In this document: positions 55,282 to 64,000 of the stretch, in pieces
Position numbering within the stretch: position 1 is the stretch's first letter
Layout of the letters: the number at the start of each line of letters is the position of its first letter
DNA from: Octopus vulgaris
Taxonomy: Eukaryota
Direction of reading: 5' to 3'
DNA length: 64,000 bases
NCBI GenBank assembly: GCA_951406725.2
Contig: OX597815.1
Coordinates: 153,450,001 to 153,514,000 of the forward strand
The notes under the pieces: model-generated
Told to the model about the DNA's origin: nothing
What the model saw: the letters and a program-made list of their open reading frames with translations, nothing else
The model's database searches: none
Position numbers and translations under genes: made by a program

Positions 55282-55760
55282 TGTATGTATGTATGTATGT
55301 ATGTATGTATGTATGTATGTATGTATGTATGTATGTATGTATGTATGTATGTATGTATGTATGTATGTATGTATGTATGTATCTATGTAAGTATGTAAGT
55401 ATGTATGTATGTATGTACGTAAGTATGTATTACGTGTGTGTCTGTATGTATGTATGCATGAGTGTGTATGTGTACATGTGTGTATGTATGTGTATATGTA
55501 TGTATGTGTGTTTCTTTGTATGCATGTGTGTGTATATGTGTTTCTATATGTATGTGTATATGTATGTATGCATGTGTGTATGTGTGCATGTGTGTATGTA
55601 TGTGTATATGTATGTGTGTGTCTGTATGTATGTATGTGTGTTTCTTTATATGCATGTGTGTGTATGTGTGTGTTTCTATATGTATGTATGTATGTGTGTA
55701 TGTATGTATGTATGTATGTATGTATGTATGTATGTATGTATGTATTTTTGTGTGTATGTG
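55282..55760. repeat. (TATG)n and degenerate TG/TA compound microsatellite
   Basis: Seen directly; followed by long (TA)n at 55942-56091. Confidence 0.95.
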
Positions 55761-55940
55761 TGGGGAAGCATTTACATTCTATGCTTTGTATGAAAAATCA
55801 CTGAGCTACAAACAGTGATATTTTTTGACATTCCCTATGAACAAAACCCTTGTGAGCTTTGCATTTTTGAAGACAAATGGAATGAAAAGTCCTTACATGA
55901 AAAGAAGGTAGGGGCATCCTGCTGTAAAACCATGCCTCAG

Positions 55941-55995
<55 letters not shown>

Positions 55996-56020
55996 CATAC
56001 ATATATATATACATACATAA

Positions 56021-56088
<68 letters not shown>

Positions 56089-56359
56089 ATATGTACCTGT
56101 CTAACTCATGCTGGCATAGAAAAACAGACAGAAAACTTAATAAATGACAATAATACACTTATTCAATATTTATCAGGGATAACCTCAAAAAGTTATAGAA
56201 GCTTCAGAATATATTTTTAATGGTGTCCCTCATAAATTCAGCATACACTGTTTCAACATTCCATTCCCCATAGTTTTCTGCTTGCTGTATCTTGTTTAAC
56301 TGTACATAAGGGCAATAATAATTACACTCAATGTCCTATTTGTGGTTATATTTTGGCAG

Positions 56360-56407
56360 AGTAAAACATTAGTGAAGCCGGATGACCAACTCTATTTGAC
56401 TGAAACT
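56360..56407 (+). CDS. DNAI1: DNAI1 coding exon 4 (SKTLVKPDDQLYLTET)
   Basis: Acceptor TTTTGGCAG| and donor ACT|GTGAGT; 48 nt, phase 0-0; matches human SKATVRPPDQLELTDA (recalled). Confidence 0.92.
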
Positions 56408-57557
56408 GTGAGTAATTTTTATTTATTTCCCCCTTGCTGGTAAACTAATAAAAAAAAAAAACTATTGTGTATATGTGATGGTTGACATCTCTCATTTGTA
56501 ACGTCTTCTTTATATTCTTGCACAAAACAAATTGGAAAACCAAGTTAATAGTCTAAGGAATCTCCAACAAAAAGTTCAGCAGTTTGTCACTGGTACTGCA
56601 TAGTGTCCATTGCGGTAGAAACAGTTAAGTTTTGAATAGTTCAGTCTGTCTGGATATAAGTAGGTACTGAAGGGTATAAGCAATCCACTATGGTAGGCTG
56701 TAGCAATATGGTAAAACTGGTAAGTGGTTTGTTGTTGTTTAGCTCCAACCATCTCTGAGTGAGCAGACCCATGGTGAAAAGCTTTCTCGTTGCGACCCAT
56801 TTTTTATTCAGATGTAATGTCCAATACATTCTTGGTTATTTTGTCAGGGTTATTTTTCATAAAATGGGATGATTTGAGAGTGAAGAGGTGACTGCTATTT
56901 CCAAGCAATTGAACATCTATGTAGAGATTTCCTTGTTAACTCAAACTACTGAGTTCAATTCCACCTGTTGGTAGCCTGAATAGAAGACCCAAGCCTTTGC
57001 TGGTTTTATCAGCAAATATGATAACCCATTGATGGATACATTCTTTTTTTTTTTCATTAAAAGACATGTTGTTGACTTAGTCATCTAATGAGAGAAACTA
57101 ATTGTATTAATAATTTGTTCATAATTAATTACTCCTAAGATACAGAGATTATCAAGTTTAAAGAGTATTTTCCAACTGGCCCTGAAGCTAGAAGTTCATA
57201 TTCTGTCAGCAGCACTTCACTGTGTCCAAGAGCAACATGCTTAACTCTCAGTCCATCTAGTTGGTATTATATACCACAGTGGTTTGAACAACTAATTGCT
57301 CTAAACAGTAATGTCATTATAAAATTAACAACCTAACTGTTAGCTTTCAGTACTGAGTTCAGCCATTTACTCAATGGAGCTAAAAGTAATTTTTATGAAG
57401 CATTCATTTCTATATTTAGTAGCAATCATTCTGTCTCAGTACTTCACTTAAGTAACTCATAACAACAATGAATATACTGACTTGCAAATGATAAATGTAG
57501 GTCAAGAGAAGTCAGTCCAGCGTCAGAGTTAGTGTTCCTTGTTCGTATTGGATTCAA

Positions 57558-58084
57558 GCAACCAAGAGAATACCCTCCATCAGTCATTTGCCGTATTCTG
57601 AATGCCTTACTTCCCTGGGCTTGGATACATTGAAACTCTGACTTCTGACAGCTGACTTGGCAGACACCTATAAAATTATTAGTCATCTTACTAACAGTAA
57701 CTCTGAGCCCCTTTTCAAACTCCACCTGTCTAACACCCATGGACATGTTTACAAAGTCAGAAAACAGCACAGCTCCCATGACTTAGGAAACATTTTTTCA
57801 CGCTAAGAGTTCCTGAAGTATGGAACAAACTGCCGGCATCAGTTATTAGTTGTCGGAGCACTGCATCCTTCAGAACTTCCATGCTTCCTGAGATTCGCCA
57901 ACACTACACCTGATTTTCTCCCCTCCATACACATGCAAGCATGTATCTGACTCATACACTATTCACTCTCCAGACATTTGTACATTACTGCATATGCTTT
58001 ATATGCACTTTTGACAAGTTGTGGTGCATCTGAGCACTGTATACAATAATTTCATTGATGATGATGATTGTTATTATTATTATT
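57558..58084 (+). mobile_element. 3' end and UTR of the same CR1-type LINE family
   Basis: Starts with ATKRIPSISHLPYSECL, matching the reverse complement of 49700-49830; continues through HFFTLRV..WNKLP to an (ATT)n tail. Confidence 0.88.
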
Positions 58085-58833
<749 letters not shown>

Positions 58834-59522
58834 CTTACTTTTGAATTTAAATTCTAGTTCTGACTACATATTGTGTGTGATGAATAAAATGTAGCATTCT
58901 ACTCCACATTAAAGTCATTGCCTGCAGACATTCAACAAGTGTCCATTGATTTCCTTGATTGAGATACACCCATAAAAATAGTTATACACATCACTTGCTA
59001 GTGAGTATGATCTTCTAGCATGTATTATTCTTTAACAAGCTGTTCTAGGTGCCTCTGTATTGGTGAGCTGACATAAATATTCTCTCAGCCCTCACAGCAC
59101 ATGAAGAAAATTAAAGATACACTAGCTAGAGAGAAATAGAGCTGAAAAGGGCTGTATTACTCTGCTGAGTAGAATGAAGCAATGTGAAATGCAGCATATT
59201 GCTCAAAGACACAACATGTCACCTGGTCCCAGATTTGAAACCCCAACCTTATGATCATGAGTCCAACACCCCTAACTACTAAGCCTTGATATTCATTGTT
59301 AGGCAACAAAAAATAATTTCTCTTTTGTGACAATAAATTAATTACAAATACAAAAATTACTAAAACAAGCACAAAAAAAAAAATCAGAAAAGTAATCAAG
59401 AGAAAATTAAATCTCTGGTAATCTGTCAATGTTATTAGTTTATGTGTGTATGATTAAACTGTTTAAAAAATTATTTCTATTAACACACAAATTCTGCTTT
59501 TAATGTTCTCTGTGCTTTATAA

Positions 59523-59618
<96 letters not shown>

Positions 59619-60137
59619 TAAAAAAAAAACAAAATGATAATTTGATTTTCATTTAATTCATCATATATTTCATAATTTTTTTTGTTGTATTTTGTTCTGT
59701 TCTAAATCATTTTTCTATTGTGTACATCTGTTTAGTTTTTCTAAAGTGAAGTGTGTGCATGCATAGCTTTTGCAATCATATTGAGAAATCAGGAGACATT
59801 TGTTAAAATTCATGTGATTAACGTTAAATGTGAACACTTCATTTGAGGTGGGGGAGAATGTCTATGTGGTTAAGCATGGATGTGTAAGCTAAGAAATTCA
59901 CTTCACAATCACATAGTTTCAGGTTCAATCCCGCTGTGCAAGCCCCTAGGCACATATCTTCTATTGTAGTCTTGGGCTACCCAAAGCCTTGTAAGTAATT
60001 TTGCTACTTAGAAATTTAAAAAACCCCATAGATACATACATATTTATATGTATGTATGTACATATATATGTAGATGTAAAAGAAGATGAAAGAACACTTA
60101 AATATTAATGGTCAAGGCCAATAAAAGGTTATATGTA

Positions 60138-61168
60138 CTGAGTGCAGTGAATAAATTGTCATCTAAATTATGCAAAAAGGAAAATAACACTGATATCTCA
60201 TTTTAACAGTTATATTTACTAAAATTACATTATTTACATTATTTACAGTTGACAGATATTTATCCTCATCTTGTTTGTTGTTAACACAAATTTTCAGCTG
60301 ATATACCTACCTGCCTTCATTAGGTGTATTGGGGAAATTTTGAACCTGGGTTCCCATTCCTAAGGTATCTGTCAACTATAAGTAATGTAAATAATGTACA
60401 TAATTCCTCATCTCTTAAATATAGAACTGTATTACCAAAATTACATTAAAATATCTTGAAATACTAAATAGTAAATTTATTCAATAAAATTGCCACTGAC
60501 TTCAACCATGGCCTCCAGAAGACTTTGAAATCTCCTGAAACTCTTCTGGACAGTCTCCTTGTTTAAGTTAGTGAATACTGCCATAATCCTTGCCTTCAGT
60601 TCATCTTTGAGGGGGTTGCAGTCTGGTGAGTTAGGTAGCCAGATGTTAGGAGTGATGTGGTTGCAGAAATTGTCTGACAGCCATGACTGGGTTCTCCTGC
60701 TTGGTGCAGAGTCCTGTTGCCAGACATAAGGTCTTCCAGCAGCCACCCTCTTGACCCAGGGCAGCACTACTTCCTCCAAGCACTTGATGTAGGCCTCTGT
60801 GTTGAGTCTGAGGCTGTGTGAGAAGGCGAATAGAGACATAACATTACCATCAGTAGTGATCACTCCAAACACCATGATGTTGGCTGGATGTTTGATTTTT
60901 ATCACTCTCAGTACATGTTTTAGGGACATGGCAAGCCAACAGTTATTCTGTGTGTTCACCATTTGTTCGTATTGGAGCTTTTGGTACAATTACCAAGCAG
61001 TATAGCATGCCGTTTCCAAATTTCTAGCTGAGTGAATTGCATCATGGTGCTGTTTTTCTCACAGACAACTGATCCTACTATCCTGTGTAGTCAACAAAAT
61101 CAAAAACAAACAATGCACATGCATGAAATTGAAATATAAAATGGTGACAATTTACCCATCACACCCTC
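60138..61168 (-). mobile_element. Internally deleted Tc1/mariner-superfamily transposon (maT/DD37D-like)
   Basis: KHPANIMVFGVI, YIKCLEEVVLPW, WQQDSAP, WLPNSPDCNPL (third Asp deleted); degenerate TIRs ..ATAAATTGTCA / TGACAATTTACCCATCACACCCT. Confidence 0.88.
60233..60431 (-). mobile_element. ORF-less hammerhead-bearing PLE tail insertion with inverted second tail
   Basis: 60233-60366 is the reverse complement of the 3413-3540 module (core CUAAUGA); 60366-60430 is the same tail in + orientation; flanking duplication TTAC[T/C]AAAATTACATTA at 60216-60232 and 60432-60448. Confidence 0.85.
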
Positions 61169-61298
61169 AACATGTGTATACATACATACACAAACAAACA
61201 ATATATATATATATATATAATTATTATTTGAGGGAATATAAATCCACACTTACAGGGAAAGAAATTCAATTTAGAAATACTAAATCAAATTTCACACA

Positions 61299-61346
<48 letters not shown>

Positions 61347-61579
61347 GAAAAAAAAAACACCTTTTATCAATTCAAAATGAACAATTAAATTACACCATCT
61401 AGAAAATTACATATAACAAAAATATTAAAATAAAATAACAATAAAATATCAATGATTAAGTAAATTGCAAAAAAAAAAAATAAAAACGTATATAATTACG
61501 TCATATATAAACAAACACAAGTTTGTTTTTGAACCATTGAAATGCATTGCAGTATAAGTAGGAAAAATATTATTTTCAA

Positions 61580-61738
61580 TGCATAAATACTGATAGAACA
61601 GTATATATAGAATAAAATCCTTTTAGATCAGAAAAATTTATCAGCAACCAGCCATAAGCCACATGGCTGGTTGTTGACAAATTTTTCTGATCTAAAAGGA
61701 TTTTATTCTATATATGCTGTTCTATCAGTATTTATGCA
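61580..61738. repeat. Near-perfect hairpin (arms about 76 bp, 7-nt loop)
   Basis: TGCATAAATACTGATAGAACAG...ACCAGCCAT-aagccac-ATGGCTGGT...CTGTTCTATCAGTATTTATGCA. Confidence 0.93.
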
Positions 61739-63650
61739 ATTATGCAGTATTTATGCAAGTGCAATAACAGATGCAAAACCAATTTTAACTTTCTGATCAA
61801 TTATTTGGCTATATGCCTTAAATGCTCAAGTTCTGTTTTACAGTGTGACTTTCTTTTGACCTATGGACTGCTGACCAATAATATATACATACAGACACAC
61901 AGACACACACACACACACACACACATCTATATATCTATATACTATATACATACACACATACACACACATACATACCCCACCACACACACATACATATGTA
62001 TGTATATATATATATGTCTGTGCAGGAGTAAGTGTTTCTGTGTGAGAGGTCAAAGAATGTTCCATGTTGCTATATATTTTCTAGGCCACCAAACCACCAG
62101 ATGTTGTTACTGTTTGTTGCTCAGTCCCAGATCAAATGAACATAGGATTAAACGTTTTCATTCCAGCAATAATCATTCCATCAACATAATGAATCCAAGA
62201 CTACATTATCCAATATGTACTTCCTTTTTATAAATCAGTAGGGTGTGTTTTGAAGTGTGATTTGGCTACTATTTCTAGCAGATTAAGTGATTCTATAGGA
62301 AGAAGTTTGATGGAATATAAAGATGTAAAGAGAAACAAAAGTGAAAAAAACAATACAAATCAAAACACAAAAGTACATTTTGTTGTTGCAATGGTAGTCA
62401 TCTCTTACTAAAACATATAATCAGATTTCTTGTGCCAAGATTCTTTACCAAAAGTCTTTGTTATCAACAATGAGGTATATTGATCTAGTGAAGCCTTATG
62501 TTTTTCTTAAGTTTATGTTGTGCTTTTTCTCCTCCTATCTATTTCTGATTTGATAATCAATTCAATCATATTGTTGTTGCCATCCAGTTATAGAATTATT
62601 CTTAGAATTTTGGCTCTCTCGCTGTTTATTGTAATTTCATTTCTAACCTAGATGAAAAATTTCAAAAGTTGAAAGTAGATTTCAATGTTTCTGTATTGTT
62701 AATATAACTTGTCTCTTTCACTGCTAGAATTTCACTGTTACTAAAGGAATTAAAATAACTCTTGTGTACAATGTTAAAATAGAAGATTACTAACAAATTT
62801 CCTGCAAGGTTGTGAGTCTAAGTTCCATTTAGGAAATTTGATTTGTTGCAGTTGTTGCAGTTATAATGTGTAGTTACAAGTCACAGCAACAGGTATTATA
62901 AGCCCTTGGGCAAATCAGTGCACAGAGACTTATAGTATTTGTTTATTGACAGCAAGCCACAGTATACTTAGATCAGAAGTGGGCCCTTAGATCAATGAGG
63001 CCCCAGGTAACTGGCCAGTGTACCTCTGCAGGTATACAGATGTACCTGGAGACTGAAGAGATAGTCACACAGGACAACATACCTGAACATTGGCTGACTA
63101 ATTGAATGTCATCAAATAATAATGACACTCAAGTAGTGAACCAAATGTATAAACATAGCCCACATATCCATCATTTCAAGTAATTGCTATGCTGATGACA
63201 CCTATTGAGACAGAAACACATGTCCACAGTTGTCCTTTTGTCTTCAGACAACCAGACTGTCTTTTTCTTAATGCTTTTCTTTTTTAATATTTTGGAGCAT
63301 TATCTTCTTTTCTCATTTGGAATTACTACCAACCGTAACCAAATGATTGGTCTGACTTCTCTGGAAGCAGAAATTTCAAGAATTCAAGAATTTATTTTGT
63401 ATGCTATTTAATATACCCTTATCCATATTTGTTTTATTTACATATATATATAGGTGCAGGCATGGCTGTGTAGTAAGAAGCTTGCTTCCCAGCCACATGG
63501 TTCCATGTTCAGTTTTACTGTGTGGCACCTGGACAAGTGTCTTCTTCTATAGCCTCAGACTAACCAAAGCCTTGTGAGAGGATTTGGTAAAGAAGCCTGT
63601 TGTATATGTGTGCGTGTGTGTGTACATGCGCATGCGCACATGCATGTATG

Positions 63651-63681
<31 letters not shown>

Positions 63682-64000
63682 TGTGTATCTATGTGTGTGT
63701 ATCTTTCTAACTGTGTTTGTCCCACCACCACCACTTGATAACCGGTGTTGGTGTGTTTATGTCCCTGTAATTTAACAGTTATGCAAAGAGACCAATAGAA
63801 TACTGCTCCTACCACTCGCTCTCCCAGCCACCCTCTTCTACCTTTTGTCTTCTCCAGCTCTTTGTTTATCCACTCTTCAGCCCTACATATTTTTCAGTCA
63901 TCCTCCTATCCCCTCATTCTCTTTCCCATACAGTCTTGTGAACAGCTCTCCCATCCATGCTCTTGTAATCAGTTTGTACATTGAGGGACAACCTGGTCAT

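Noticed and set aside
55281-56158. Cluster of ORFs rich in MYVC, YI or HT repeats
   Set aside because: These are translations of microsatellites; the same applies to the many HTHT, CVCV, poly-S and poly-I ORFs elsewhere.

Overview
AT-rich, repeat-dense eukaryotic DNA. The SINE families, microsatellite density and long introns suggest an octopus (coleoid cephalopod) genome; this is an inference. A CpG-retaining bidirectional promoter at about 37.0-37.2 kb carries an RFX X-box. On the + strand it drives axonemal dynein intermediate chain 1 (DNAI1): five short phase-0 coding exons at 37174-59609 spell MPSKSLNKKA|STQITGNADMLRRRMTKIR|DGDDLTETGDADTEDWMH|SKTLVKPDDQLYLTET|[27 protein letters not shown]. 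On the - strand it drives a gene starting MDGMEDSGFDSDPK, probably FAM219A by analogy to the human head-to-head FAM219A/DNAI1 pair. The rest is mostly transposon-derived: two Penelope-like elements (PLEs), a CR1-type LINE with a long open RT frame, an RTE 3' end, a mariner-type relic, Merlin-, mariner- and piggyBac-like MITEs, many tRNA-derived SINEs and microsatellites. The most unusual signal is a set of minimal hammerhead ribozyme motifs from at least three sequence families. One family sits behind a tRNA-like Pol III module at a PLE 3' end and also occurs in ORF-poor copies. Another sits in the spacer of a 190-bp-arm inverted repeat and still folds completely.
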